A stretch of 64,000 bases of DNA from an uncultured delta proteobacterium (GCA_963826785.1 CAWGYD010000006.1:896001-960000); one strand, 5' to 3'. Shown: positions 1-10,435, counted from the first letter of the stretch. Program-made: numbers and translations. Notes: generated by a model from the sequence alone, not told the origin.

Positions 1-23
1 TGTTCGGCGGGTCGGGAGAGCGT

Positions 24-1226
24 ATGGATTTTGCCGTTTCTGAAAAGATGAAAACGATCCTGGATCTGGTCAACGAGTTTATCGATCGGGAACTGATCCC
101 TTTGGAACCCGAATTTGCCAGCCGCAGCTATGATGAAATGCTGCCGGTGCTCAGGGAAAAGCAGGAGAAGGTCAAGCAGATGGAGCTGTGGGCCCCCAAT
201 TTTCCGGTGGACTGCGGCGGCATGGGGCTTTCCCTGGTGGACCATGGGCTGCTCTCCGAGGCCCTGGGCCGGACCCCCCTGGGTCATTTCGTGTTCTGGT
301 GCCAGGCGCCGGATGCGGGCAATGTGGAGATTTTGCATTTGCACGGCACCCCGGAGCAGAAGGAAAAATATTTGAAGCCTCTGGTGGCGGGGGACATCCG
401 CAGCTGTTTTGCCATGACCGAGCCCGACATGCCCGGGTCCAACCCGGTGCTGCTGGAGACCGAAGCGGTCAAGGACGGCGACGACTACGTGATCAACGGC
501 CACAAATGGTTCGCCTCGTCGGCCGACGGCGCCGATTTTGCCATCACCATGGCCGTGACCAACCCGGATGCGCCCGATTATCTGCAGGCCAGCATGATCA
601 TCGTCCCCACGAACACCCCCGGCTTCAACCTCGTGCGCAACATTCCGGTGATGGGGCATGCGGGGGAGGGCTACTTCAGCCACGGTGAAATCCTGTTTCA
701 GACCTGCCGGGTCCCCCAGTCCAACCTGCTGGGCGCCGAAGGCGCGGGATTTATCATCGCCCAGGAGCGGCTGGGGCCGGGCCGGATCCATCACTGCATG
801 CGATGGCTGGGAATCTGCAGGCGCTCCTTTGATCTCATGTGCCGCCGGGCCAACAGCCGGATCATTACCAAGGACGGAAAACCCCTGGCCTCACGCCAGA
901 TCATCCAGCAGTGGATCGCCGAGTCCGCCGCCGAGATGCAGGCCGCCCGCCTGATGACCCTGCATGCCGCCTGGAAGATCGACACCGAAGGGGCCAAGGC
1001 GGCGCGTCACGAAATTTCCATGATCAAATTCGTGGTGGCCAATACCATGCAGCGGATCGTTGACCGCGCGATCCAGGTGCACGGCGGCCTGGGGATGACC
1101 GACGACACCATCCTTTCCTTCTTTTTCCGGCATGAGCGGGCGGCGCGCATCTATGACGGCGCGGACGAGGTGCACAAGGTTTCGCTGGCCCGTCGTATCC
1201 TGAGGGACTACTCACCGGCGAGGTAG
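24..1226 (+). CDS. Acyl-CoA dehydrogenase (ACAD10/11 / LvaC-like subfamily)
   Basis: 400 aa; motifs QAPDAGN, FAMTEP, INGHKWF, QERLGPGRIHHCMR, AIQVHGG, RIYDGADEVH. Confidence 0.9.
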   Translation: MDFAVSEKMKTILDLVNEFIDRELIPLEPEFASRSYDEMLPVLREKQEKVKQMELWAPNFPVDCGGMGLSLVDHGLLSEALGRTPLGHFVFWCQAPDAGNVEILHLHGTPEQKEKYLKPLVAGDIRSCFAMTEPDMPGSNPVLLETEAVKDGDDYVINGHKWFASSADGADFAITMAVTNPDAPDYLQASMIIVPTNTPGFNLVRNIPVMGHAGEGYFSHGEILFQTCRVPQSNLLGAEGAGFIIAQERLGPGRIHHCMRWLGICRRSFDLMCRRANSRIITKDGKPLASRQIIQQWIAESAAEMQAARLMTLHAAWKIDTEGAKAARHEISMIKFVVANTMQRIVDRAIQVHGGLGMTDDTILSFFFRHERAARIYDGADEVHKVSLARRILRDYSPAR

Positions 1227-1243
1227 CATAGGGGCAATCCAAC

Positions 1244-1954
1244 ATGAAATTTGACCAGTTCAAGCAGACGGCCTTGATCTCCATGGAGGAGATCTGCCGG
1301 GAAACTTTCCGGAAAAATCAGACTTCCATCAAGATCAAGAAGGAAGCCGTGGCCATCAAAAACCTCTCCAATATTTTTGACTGCGCCCTGCGCCTTTCCA
1401 ACGAAAAGGGGTTTCCCGCCATGAGCCTGAGGGATCTGAGCCGGGCGTCGGGATTGAGCATGGGGGCCCTTTACTCCTATTTCACCAGCAAGGAAGACCT
1501 GCTGGAGATGATCCAGGACCAGGGCCGGCGGTTGACCCGGACCATCCTGTCCGAGTGGATCGACCCGGAAGCCCCCCCGATGGACCAGCTCCGCGCCGCC
1601 ATCCGCAGCCATCTGTATCTCACTGAGATGATGCACCCGTGGTTTTATTTTTCATACATGGAAACCAAGAACCTGGGAAAAGCGCAGCAGAAAAAATCCA
1701 TCGAGGGGGAACTGGCCACGGAGCAGATGTTTGCCGATATCCTGGAGAAGGGGGCGGAAGGGGGATTTTTCAAGTTGGACCCGTCCCAGTTGACCGCTTC
1801 TGCCATCAAGGCCCTGCTTCAGGACTGGTATGTGAAACGATGGAAATACACCCGGCGGCGGATTACAGTGGACGCGTATGCGGATTTCGTGGTGGGATTT
1901 GTCGAATCCGCCATCGGCGTCCGGACATCGGCCAGGGTTAAGGAGGCGAAATGA
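1244..1954 (+). CDS. TetR/AcrR family transcriptional regulator
   Basis: HTH region GFPAMSLRDLSRASGLSMGALYSYFTSKEDLL. Confidence 0.88.
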   Translation: MKFDQFKQTALISMEEICRETFRKNQTSIKIKKEAVAIKNLSNIFDCALRLSNEKGFPAMSLRDLSRASGLSMGALYSYFTSKEDLLEMIQDQGRRLTRTILSEWIDPEAPPMDQLRAAIRSHLYLTEMMHPWFYFSYMETKNLGKAQQKKSIEGELATEQMFADILEKGAEGGFFKLDPSQLTASAIKALLQDWYVKRWKYTRRRITVDAYADFVVGFVESAIGVRTSARVKEAK

Positions 1955-3015
1955 ACATGATGGATAAACCGGCAAAGCCCAGGCAGGGAGAAGAACTGGA
2001 CTTGCCCGCGGTGGAAGCTTTTTTGAAAGATCATATCGAGGGGCTGTCCGGATCTCTTGAGGTGGGCCAGTTTCCCAGCGGATACTCCAACCTGACCTAC
2101 CTGATCAAGGTGGGAGAAAAGGAGATGGTGCTGCGCCGGCCTCCTTTCGGCAAAAAGGCCAAAAGCGCTCATGACATGGGCCGGGAATACCGGATTTTAA
2201 GTGCACTTCACCCGGTGTTCCCCTGTCCGAAGCCCCTGGCCTACACGGAGGACGAATCCATCATGGGATGCCCCTTTTACGTGATGGACCGTATCCCCGG
2301 CATCATCTTGCGAAAGGACCTGCCGGAAGGGTTGAACCTTCCGCCCGCCCAGGCCCGCCGGCTCTGCGAAAACATGATCGACCTTCACCACCGGCTCCAT
2401 AGCCTGGATTACAAGGCCCTGGGGATTCAGAGTTTCGGCCGCCCCGAGGGATATGTCCGCCGCCAGGTGGAAGGGTGGAGCCGGCGCTACCGGGATGCCC
2501 GGACCCCGGATGTTCCGGATTTCGAACCGGTGATGGCCTGGCTGGATGAACATCAGCCCGCCGATTTCGATCAGCCCGCCATTATTCACGGGGATTACAA
2601 ATTCGACAACCTGGTGTTAAACCCCGACAATCCCCTGGAGATCATCGGCATCCTGGACTGGGAGATGGCCACCCTGGGCGACCCCTTGATGGACCTGGGC
2701 TCGTCTATGGGCTACTGGATCAACCGGGATGATCCGGAGGAATTCCAGTTGATGCGTATGCTTCCCACCAATGCCGAGGGGATGATGACCCGGCGGGAAC
2801 TGGTGGACCGGTACGCCCGGATATCGGGGCGTAAAATCGACAATTTTGATTTTTATTACTGCTTCGGACTGTTCCGGCTGGCTGTCATCGCCCAGCAGAT
2901 CTATTACCGGTTTTATCACAAGCAGACCAGTGACAAGCGATTCGCCCAGCTGGTATTTGCCGTAATCCTTCTGGAGAAAGGCGCCCGGCAGGTAATGGAT
3001 GGCAAGGGACTTTGA
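1951..3015 (+). CDS. Phosphotransferase (APH/choline kinase-like; ACAD10/11 kinase domain / LvaA-like)
   Basis: GYSNLTY, VLRRPP, AHDMGREY, HGDYKFDN, ILDWEMATLGDPLMDL; ATGA overlap with the TetR gene. Confidence 0.88.
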   Translation: MNMMDKPAKPRQGEELDLPAVEAFLKDHIEGLSGSLEVGQFPSGYSNLTYLIKVGEKEMVLRRPPFGKKAKSAHDMGREYRILSALHPVFPCPKPLAYTEDESIMGCPFYVMDRIPGIILRKDLPEGLNLPPAQARRLCENMIDLHHRLHSLDYKALGIQSFGRPEGYVRRQVEGWSRRYRDARTPDVPDFEPVMAWLDEHQPADFDQPAIIHGDYKFDNLVLNPDNPLEIIGILDWEMATLGDPLMDLGSSMGYWINRDDPEEFQLMRMLPTNAEGMMTRRELVDRYARISGRKIDNFDFYYCFGLFRLAVIAQQIYYRFYHKQTSDKRFAQLVFAVILLEKGARQVMDGKGL

Positions 3016-3222
3016 TTGCGCATTTATCTTCGATGATGAAAATATTTTCATCAAATGATCATTTTGACGTTAAAAGTTTTTGACGACGCCGCAAAAAACG
3101 GCTAATTTTATTTCAACGGCATCCAAATTCCCGATTTGGCGCCGCATGCCGGATTGATGGCCGTGTTTATCCCCCATCACTGCCGGTTTTCCACCATCCC
3201 ATCATTCCAGCCTGTTTAGGAT

Positions 3223-4269
3223 TTGCGCGTGAACGTCGGCATCGTCCAGATGGAACCGGTTGCCCTGGATGCCGCCCGGAACCTGTCCCGGGCGGAGAAG
3301 CTTTTGTCTGCGGTGGTTCTGGAAGGCGCAAAGCTGGTGGTGCTTCCGGAAATGTTTAACGTGGGGTTTTATTTCGGCGAATCCCTGATGGCCGTGGCTG
3401 AACCCCTGGACGGCCCCACCGTGGCCTGGCTGAAAAAAATGGCCGCCGAGCACCATGTCTATATTACCTGCAGTTTCTATGAATCCTTCGAAGGTTATTT
3501 TTACAACACCATGGTCATGGTGGGGTATGACGGCAGTCTGCAGTACTACCGGAAACGCAATCCCACCTGGCAGGAGCGCCTGGTCTGGCGGCGGGCCGAC
3601 GAACCGGGCCCGGGCATTTTCGATACCCCCTTCGGCCGGGTCGGCGGCGTCATCTGCTTTGATTCCTTTGCCAGGGAAACCTTTCTGGGCTTTCAGAAAA
3701 GCCGGGTGGATCTGGTGGTGGTCATTGCCTGCTGGGGCCGGCCCCGGCTGACCAAGAAGCGGCCGGACCTCCTGCTGGGGGCCTCCATCATGAAGAAATG
3801 GTCCCATATCGCCGCGGAGATCGTGCCGCGTCAGTACGCCCGCCATCTTTCCGTGCCGGTGGTTTTTGTCAACAACGCGGGGGTCACCCGGACGCCGGCC
3901 GCCTTTCCCCGGCCGCATTTCTGGCCTTTTGCGGAGCTGGAATATGCTTTTTACGGCAGGTCTTATGCCTGCGACCGGTCCGGCCAGGTCAAGACACGGG
4001 CCTGGAAATCCGACATCGACTACTGGGGGGTGGCCGACCTGGACATTGAGCCGGAAGAAAAGGACCGGCCCGCTGCGTCCCGCACGGAGGTCCCCCTTGA
4101 TTATCTGGATTCACACTATTATTTTGTTCAGCCGCCCTACCTGGCCAAGGTATTCCAGAAATGGTGCTTCCGCGGATTCCATGCGGAATACGAGGCGCGC
4201 TGCCGGAGGCACCAGTCCGGTTTTTCGCCGGCCGGCATGCCCGATCTTTCCCTTGCCGATCCGATCTGA
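3223..4269 (+). CDS. Carbon-nitrogen hydrolase (nitrilase superfamily)
   Basis: Catalytic triad contexts LPEMF (Glu), YRKRN (Lys), ICFD (Cys). Confidence 0.85.
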   Translation: MRVNVGIVQMEPVALDAARNLSRAEKLLSAVVLEGAKLVVLPEMFNVGFYFGESLMAVAEPLDGPTVAWLKKMAAEHHVYITCSFYESFEGYFYNTMVMVGYDGSLQYYRKRNPTWQERLVWRRADEPGPGIFDTPFGRVGGVICFDSFARETFLGFQKSRVDLVVVIACWGRPRLTKKRPDLLLGASIMKKWSHIAAEIVPRQYARHLSVPVVFVNNAGVTRTPAAFPRPHFWPFAELEYAFYGRSYACDRSGQVKTRAWKSDIDYWGVADLDIEPEEKDRPAASRTEVPLDYLDSHYYFVQPPYLAKVFQKWCFRGFHAEYEARCRRHQSGFSPAGMPDLSLADPI

Positions 4270-4576
4270 TTTTATCCCCATTTAAAGCACTGCCTGCAAC
4301 AGCCGAATCGCCGGTTAACCCCGGGCCGATGTCGTATTTTTCCTTAAAAACCGGGCATTCTTGTCTTCACGCGCAGATGGGCGCCCTCGACTCCTGAAAT
4401 CCGCCGCTCTCGTTATACTGATTAAGTTTGGCTTATTATTGTCTGTATTTATTAAGTATGGTTCAATAAATCAGATAATTATATGCTTGATTTTCGTTTC
4501 CGATACCCGTATGAAGGGGAAAAAATGAGCAAAATGAACAGTCGTTTGACAATTTTGTATTGATCACCGGAAAGGA

Positions 4577-5908
4577 ATGTGCATGAAGCGGAGAGGATCG
4601 ATTCTTTTACTGGGGCTGGCTGCGGTCATTTGCCTTTGCGCGGGGGCGTATGCCGCAGACGGCACGACGGCGGATACGGGCACAACGGCCTGGATGCTCA
4701 CCTCAACGGCATTTGTCCTGCTCATGGTGCCGGGGCTTGCCATGTTTTATGGCGGGCTGGTGCGGACCAAGAATGTGCTGGGCACCATGATGCACAGCTT
4801 CGTGGCCATGGCCTTGATCGGCGTGCTCTGGGCGGTTTGCGGGTATGCCCTGGCTTTCGGCAAAAGCACCCTTTCCGGTTTTATCGGCTGGAACTGGGAT
4901 TATTTTCTGCTCAAGGGAATCGACAACAGCATGGTCAACGGCGTGCCGGAATACGTACTGGCCATGTTTCAGGGCAAGTTTGCCATCATCACCCCGGCGC
5001 TCATCAGCGGAGCGCTGGCAGAGCGGGTCTATTTCAGGAGTTATTGCCTGTTTATCACACTGTGGTTTCTTGCGGTATACTGTCCCCTGTGCCACTGGGT
5101 GTGGGCGCCCGACGGGTGGCTGTACAACCTGGGTGCGGCCGGGGTCATCGACCTGGCCGGCGGCCTGGTCATTCATGTGTCCGCCGGCATCAGCGCCCTG
5201 GTGGTGGCGCTGTATCTGGGGGCCCGGCAGGGCTATCCCCGGACGGCCATGCAGCCCAACAACCTGGTCATGACCCTGGTGGGGGCCGGCCTGCTGTGGG
5301 TGGGCTGGTTCGGGTTCAATGCGGGGTCCACCATCCAGAGCGGACTGGAAACCGCACGGGCCCTGACCATGACCCAGCTGTCTGCGGCGAGCGGCGCCCT
5401 GACCTGGGTGGTGATCGAGGCCATCATCTTCAGAAAAGCCACTTCCCTGGGGTTTGCCTCGGGCATTCTGGCCGGGCTGGTGGTGATCACGCCGGCCGCC
5501 GGGGTGGTGCAGCCCTATGGGGCGCTGATCCTGGGGGCGCTTTCTTCCTGCACCTGCTACTTCGCATTGAATGTCAAACTAAAACTCGGCTATGACGATT
5601 CACTGGACTGCTTCGGCATTCATGGGGTGGGCAGCGCGCTGGGCGTTTTGCTGTTGAGCTTTTTCATCCGCAGCAGCTGGCTGGCCGCCGCATCAACATC
5701 CAATGGTTCCCCGTGGACCATGGTAAATCAATTCATGATTCAGCTGACCGGGCTGGGGGCCACCATCCTCCTTGCTGGTGCCGGCACGCTGGTGATCTGC
5801 CTGGTGGTTAACCTGATCATGGGGTTTCGCATCGATCCCGAAAAAGAACTCATCGGGCTGGACCAGTCCCTGCACGGGGAGCATGGGTATGGCATGCTGC
5901 AGCCCTAG
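4577..5908 (+). CDS. amtB: Ammonium transporter (Amt family)
   Basis: Signal peptide, PGLAMFYGGL, FQGKFAIITPAL, DLAGG..IH, GWFGFNAGS, DDSLDCFGIHG; twin His present. Confidence 0.95.
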   Translation: MCMKRRGSILLLGLAAVICLCAGAYAADGTTADTGTTAWMLTSTAFVLLMVPGLAMFYGGLVRTKNVLGTMMHSFVAMALIGVLWAVCGYALAFGKSTLSGFIGWNWDYFLLKGIDNSMVNGVPEYVLAMFQGKFAIITPALISGALAERVYFRSYCLFITLWFLAVYCPLCHWVWAPDGWLYNLGAAGVIDLAGGLVIHVSAGISALVVALYLGARQGYPRTAMQPNNLVMTLVGAGLLWVGWFGFNAGSTIQSGLETARALTMTQLSAASGALTWVVIEAIIFRKATSLGFASGILAGLVVITPAAGVVQPYGALILGALSSCTCYFALNVKLKLGYDDSLDCFGIHGVGSALGVLLLSFFIRSSWLAAASTSNGSPWTMVNQFMIQLTGLGATILLAGAGTLVICLVVNLIMGFRIDPEKELIGLDQSLHGEHGYGMLQP

Positions 5909-5974
5909 CGCGTCCTTGAACTTGAAAAAATCATCTCGTTACTGAAAAGAACCGGATTTTTTTGAAATCCATTT

Positions 5975-7450
5975 CTATTCGAACCCCGGCGGGATTCTCA
6001 CACCGCCGTTGATCTTTTCGATTTCATTGGCAAAGGCGATGGGGGTGTAGTCCTCGAGGTAGGGCCCCACGATCTGGACGCCCACGGGCAGGCCGCTTTC
6101 GGACAGACCGGCCGGGGCCACGGTGGCCGGCAGGTAGGAGACGCAGGAAAGGCCGGCCCAGGCGGACATGACATCCGCATAGGGCTTTTCACGGCCGTTG
6201 ACGGTCAGGGTCCGTGTGAAAAAATCGGAATGGTCGTGTTCAAAGGCCGTGACCGGCGCCGCGGGGCAGAGCAGCACGTCAAATTCGGTGAAATAATCGG
6301 CCCATTTCTGGCGCATCATCAGGCGCAGGTAATCGAGCACCACCCAGTCCCGGTGCAGCAGCGTGGCTCCCCGGATCAGCTGGGCATAAAAGCGCTTGTC
6401 GCCGGGGTCGAGTTTGAGAAGCTCCGCCTGCATGCCCGCAAAGACTTCCCTGGATATTCCCGCATTGGGAACGGCGGTCAGCAGCCGGACATAGATATCA
6501 TGGCAATCCCGGAAGCAGATCTCGGGCCGTGCCGCTTCGATTCGGGCCCCTGCCGCCGCCAGGCGGTCCACCAGGTCCGACAGGCAGCCCCCCACCTGGC
6601 TGTCCACGGGAAAGTCCGGATCATCCAGCCAGATGCCCACCTTAAATTCCTTTACATGTTTTTTTCGCGAGGGCGGAAGGCTGAATGTCCAGGCGGTCTG
6701 CTGCGGTTTCTGCGCCCCGGCGATGAGCTCCAGGCACATCTTGAGATCGCCTGCGGTTCGGGCCATGGGGCCGATCACGGCGATATCGCCGGACATGGTG
6801 TAATCGCCGGGAAACAGCCCCGGCATTGGCGGAATATGGCCGCGAAGAGAAACGATGTCAAAGGTGGGTTTATGGCCGAACACCCCGCAGAAATGCGACG
6901 GGTTGCGGATGGACCCCCCGATGTCGCTCCCGATTTCCAGAAAGGTCAGGCCGGCCGCCAGGGCCGCGGCCGCACCGCCCGACGACCCGCCGGGCACCCG
7001 GGACGCATCCCAGGGGTTATTGGTCTGGCCGTATACGTCGTTGAAACTCTGGAAATCCTGGGCGAACAGGGGAACATTGGTCTTGCCGAAAATCACCGCC
7101 CCCGCGTTTATCAACGATTCCACCACCCGGGCATGGCACTTGGGGATATGGTCCCTGAGCTTTACCGCCCCGGCCGTACAGGGCATTCCCGCCACCTCGA
7201 TGGTATCCTTGATGGTCATGGGAACACCGTGCAGGGGTCCCCGGATTTCTCCCCGGGCAAGGGCCGCATCCAATTCTTTCGCCTGTTTCCGGGCGGATGC
7301 GAAGTCAACGGCCACGATCGCGTTGATGCCGGGGTTGAGCTGCGTATAGCGTTGGATCAGGATTTCCAGCAGTTCGGAAGAACTGATTTCCTTTCTTGAA
7401 ATGGACTGCGCCAGCCGGGCGGCGGATTGGAAGGGCAAATTATCCATCAC
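5975..7450 (-). CDS. Amidase (amidase signature family)
   Basis: GPLHGVPMTIKD, GGSSGG, GSDIGGSIRNPS. Confidence 0.93.
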   Translation of the reverse strand: MMDNLPFQSAARLAQSISRKEISSSELLEILIQRYTQLNPGINAIVAVDFASARKQAKELDAALARGEIRGPLHGVPMTIKDTIEVAGMPCTAGAVKLRDHIPKCHARVVESLINAGAVIFGKTNVPLFAQDFQSFNDVYGQTNNPWDASRVPGGSSGGAAAALAAGLTFLEIGSDIGGSIRNPSHFCGVFGHKPTFDIVSLRGHIPPMPGLFPGDYTMSGDIAVIGPMARTAGDLKMCLELIAGAQKPQQTAWTFSLPPSRKKHVKEFKVGIWLDDPDFPVDSQVGGCLSDLVDRLAAAGARIEAARPEICFRDCHDIYVRLLTAVPNAGISREVFAGMQAELLKLDPGDKRFYAQLIRGATLLHRDWVVLDYLRLMMRQKWADYFTEFDVLLCPAAPVTAFEHDHSDFFTRTLTVNGREKPYADVMSAWAGLSCVSYLPATVAPAGLSESGLPVGVQIVGPYLEDYTPIAFANEIEKINGGVRIPPGFE

Positions 7451-7590
7451 GCAATTCCTCGTATTTAAAATAGCGTTAGATTAGAAAATAAGTATTGAAA
7501 GAAGCGGTAGTATTGAAGATGATAATGGATCATAAACCTCAATGCCAGTAAAAAAAACGAAAAGAAGGACTGCCGCTCAAGAGGAGATTT

Positions 7591-8355
7591 TTGATGGATA
7601 ACCTGATCTACCGGAGTGCCGATCACATCGGCTATTTGAGCCTGAACCGGCCGGAGAAGTACAACGCGTTTGACGCGCAGATGATCGATGCGTTCGAAAA
7701 ATTCTGGGCGGCACGCCTGTATGATGACAGCGTCCGGGTGATTATCCTGGACGGCGGCGGGGCCAAAGGCTTCTGCGCCGGGCTGGACATGGAGACCTAC
7801 GGCCCGGAGATGTTCGCGGCCGACCCCGTTACCGCCTACAATGCCCAGGCGCGCATGGGCCGGATTCTGCTGGCCATGCGCCGGGCGCCCCAGCCGATCA
7901 TCTGCTGCGTGCACGGGGCCGCGGCCGGGATCGGGTTTTCCCTGGCCATGGCATCCGACATCCGGATCATGGCGTTCGGCTCAAAATGCAATGCGGCCTA
8001 TATCAATATCGGGCTGGGAGGCGCGGACATGGGATCCAGCTACTTCCTGCCGCGTCTGATCGGCTCCGGCAGGGCCAATGAATTTTTGCTCACCGGCAAC
8101 TGGATGACCGCTGAAGAGGCCGTGCAGCTGGGGTTTGCCAGCAAAATGGTGGCAAAGGAAAAAATGATGGCGGCCGCCGAAGAACTGGCGAAAATCATGG
8201 CATCCAAGAATCCGCTGGCCCTGCGCATGACCAAGGAGGCGATCAATGTCAACCTGGACGCAGCCGGCCTGGAGGCATGCCTGCAGCTGGAGGACAGAAA
8301 TCAGATGATGGTGATGTATGCCACTAAACTCAATGCCATGGGGAAAAATTCCTGA
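7591..8355 (+). CDS. Enoyl-CoA hydratase/isomerase (crotonase) family protein
   Basis: LNRPEKYNA, FCAGLD, VHGAAAGIG, LPRLIG. Confidence 0.9.
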   Translation: MMDNLIYRSADHIGYLSLNRPEKYNAFDAQMIDAFEKFWAARLYDDSVRVIILDGGGAKGFCAGLDMETYGPEMFAADPVTAYNAQARMGRILLAMRRAPQPIICCVHGAAAGIGFSLAMASDIRIMAFGSKCNAAYINIGLGGADMGSSYFLPRLIGSGRANEFLLTGNWMTAEEAVQLGFASKMVAKEKMMAAAEELAKIMASKNPLALRMTKEAINVNLDAAGLEACLQLEDRNQMMVMYATKLNAMGKNS

Positions 8356-8381
8356 ATCCGTGTACGACTGGGTTAGGGAAG

Positions 8382-9377
8382 TTAAATTTCTTTCAGCCCT
8401 TCTTTTTGCCTTTCATCTATCAGCAGGGCCAGATAGGCATCGATTTTTTCTTCCGCTTCGGCCCGGGTGCGGATCTGGGTAATGCCCGTCCGGAAACGGC
8501 CGGCGTGGGGCAGACCCTTGGACAACCATCCCAGGCGCGAGCGCATCATCCGGCAGGCGTTTGATTCCCCGATATGATCGACCGAGGCGCAAAGAAATCG
8601 CTTCATCAGGTCAAATCGCTTTTCCAGATCGACCGTTTCATACCGGCCGGTGGTGATCAGGGAATTGATCTGGGAAAAGAGCATGGGATGGGCGATGGCG
8701 GCCCGGCCGACCATGACGCCGTCGCACCCGGTTTCATTCATCATCCGCACGGCATCCTCCGGCGCGGTGATATCGCCGTTTCCGATCACCGGGATGTCGA
8801 CTACGGCTTTGATCCGGGCAATCAGGGACCAGTCGGCGCGGCCGCGAAATCCCTGTCGTGCGGTGCGGGGATGAACGGCTATGGCATCCACGCCGCAGTC
8901 GGCCGCAACCTGCGCAAGGGCCATGGCCTGCTCACCTGAAGCGTCCCACCCGCTGCGCATCTTGATGGTCAGGGGAATACGGATTGCCTGACGAACGCTT
9001 CGGATCAATTTTTGCGCATGCGGCATGTCTCTCATCAATGCGGCCCCCGATCCGCTCTTTAAGATTTTTTTCACCGAACAGCCGAAATTGATGTCGATTA
9101 TGTCGGCTCCCGCTGCCTCGGCCATCACTGCGGCTTCGGCCATGATGTCCGGGTCGGCCCCGAAAATCTGGATGGACAGCGGCTTTTCTGCAGTACAGGT
9201 GGCCATCAGGTCGCGGGTTTTGGCGGATTTATGCGAAAGTCCGGCAGCGCTCACCATTTCCGAGCAGACCAGTCCGGCTCCGCACTCCCGGGCCAGCAGC
9301 CGGAAGGGAAGGTGGGTCACCCCGGCCAGGGGGGCGGCGATGACTAAACTATCGAGTTTGACCGAACCAATGCGCAT
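8382..9377 (-). CDS. dusB: tRNA-dihydrouridine synthase B
   Basis: APLAGVT, IDINFGC, GSGAALM, HPRT, GNGDI, MVGRAA. Confidence 0.92.
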   Translation of the reverse strand: MRIGSVKLDSLVIAAPLAGVTHLPFRLLARECGAGLVCSEMVSAAGLSHKSAKTRDLMATCTAEKPLSIQIFGADPDIMAEAAVMAEAAGADIIDINFGCSVKKILKSGSGAALMRDMPHAQKLIRSVRQAIRIPLTIKMRSGWDASGEQAMALAQVAADCGVDAIAVHPRTARQGFRGRADWSLIARIKAVVDIPVIGNGDITAPEDAVRMMNETGCDGVMVGRAAIAHPMLFSQINSLITTGRYETVDLEKRFDLMKRFLCASVDHIGESNACRMMRSRLGWLSKGLPHAGRFRTGITQIRTRAEAEEKIDAYLALLIDERQKEGLKEI

Positions 9378-9508
9378 AAAAATATTCGTTTCGTGAATTT
9401 ACCAGGGGGCTCATCGAGAACGCCAAGCGCACGAAACTTTTTTCCTTCGTTGCCGTTCGCGGCAAACTTGTCCGAATCCTAAATGTAAGATCAATTTTGA
9501 ATTGTCAA

Positions 9509-10435
9509 TTACCGGTTCCCATCCGCCGCCGGGTTGGCGTAGCAGTAGAGGCAATCATGAAAGCAGGGCTGCCGGCCATAGGCGCCGATGTCCTTTGAAA
9601 CACTGCAGCCGCACCCCTGGGCCCTGCGCTGGCCGCCATCGCGTTTACAGGAGATATTTCCCCCGAAGAGCCTCTTCAGGTGCGGGCCGTCAATGCAGGC
9701 ACTGGCGGATATAGCGGCGCTTTCCGGCAGGGCGTCCATGACCTGGTTTTCACAGCAGGTCTGCAGGGTCATGCCGAGCCGCGACGTGACCGCCTCCATC
9801 TCCAAAAGGACGTTTACCTTCTCTTCAAGCGAAGGCGCGATGAACGAAAATTCGGGATACGGTTTCGGCCTCCTTTTGACCTTGCCATAAAAATCCATGA
9901 AACTGGTGATGCAGCGCCGTACACCGTATTCGGCCAAGGTGTGGGCAATCAATGAAAACTGGAGCAGATTCGAGGCGATCGATCCGTCGGGGAGGGTGAA
10001 AAAGCAGATGGGATCAAACCGCCAGCATACCGTATCGGCACCGAACCGGCCGCACAGGTCCGCGGCCCGGGCCAGGCGATGGGACAACGTCGGAAGGTTG
10101 GGTTCCAGATATTGAGATTCCGAATTGAGGGTGTAGCCAAAGTAGAGATGATACCCCATTTCCAGAAGCATTTCACCGTATCCGCCCGCCAGGAACCGGG
10201 AAAAATCCTTGGACCAGAACACGATGACATCCACCTGGTCCGGGCCGGCTTCGACCGTGAAAATCTTGCGGTTGTAAGGATTTTCGACTTCAAAATACCC
10301 GCGCCGGATCGCCTCCATGAAGGCGTCCATGTAAAAGGCGGGAATGTCGGTCCGGCGGGATGCTGAAAGGACCACTTTTTCTGATTTTACCGGCATCTGG
10401 CGAAGCGGAAGCGTTTGCTGACGGAAAGAGGACAT
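9509..10435 (-). CDS. DUF1848 family protein
   Basis: SASRRTDIPAFY, NPYN, FWSK, WRFDPI, C-terminal CGCSVSKDIGAY..PCFHDCLYCYA. Confidence 0.85.
   Translation of the reverse strand: MSSFRQQTLPLRQMPVKSEKVVLSASRRTDIPAFYMDAFMEAIRRGYFEVENPYNRKIFTVEAGPDQVDVIVFWSKDFSRFLAGGYGEMLLEMGYHLYFGYTLNSESQYLEPNLPTLSHRLARAADLCGRFGADTVCWRFDPICFFTLPDGSIASNLLQFSLIAHTLAEYGVRRCITSFMDFYGKVKRRPKPYPEFSFIAPSLEEKVNVLLEMEAVTSRLGMTLQTCCENQVMDALPESAAISASACIDGPHLKRLFGGNISCKRDGGQRRAQGCGCSVSKDIGAYGRQPCFHDCLYCYANPAADGNR

Noticed and set aside
4428..4445. Sigma54 promoter upstream of amtB (TGGCTTATTATTGTC)
   Set aside because: The -24/-12 spacing is off by one and the conserved GC is absent.
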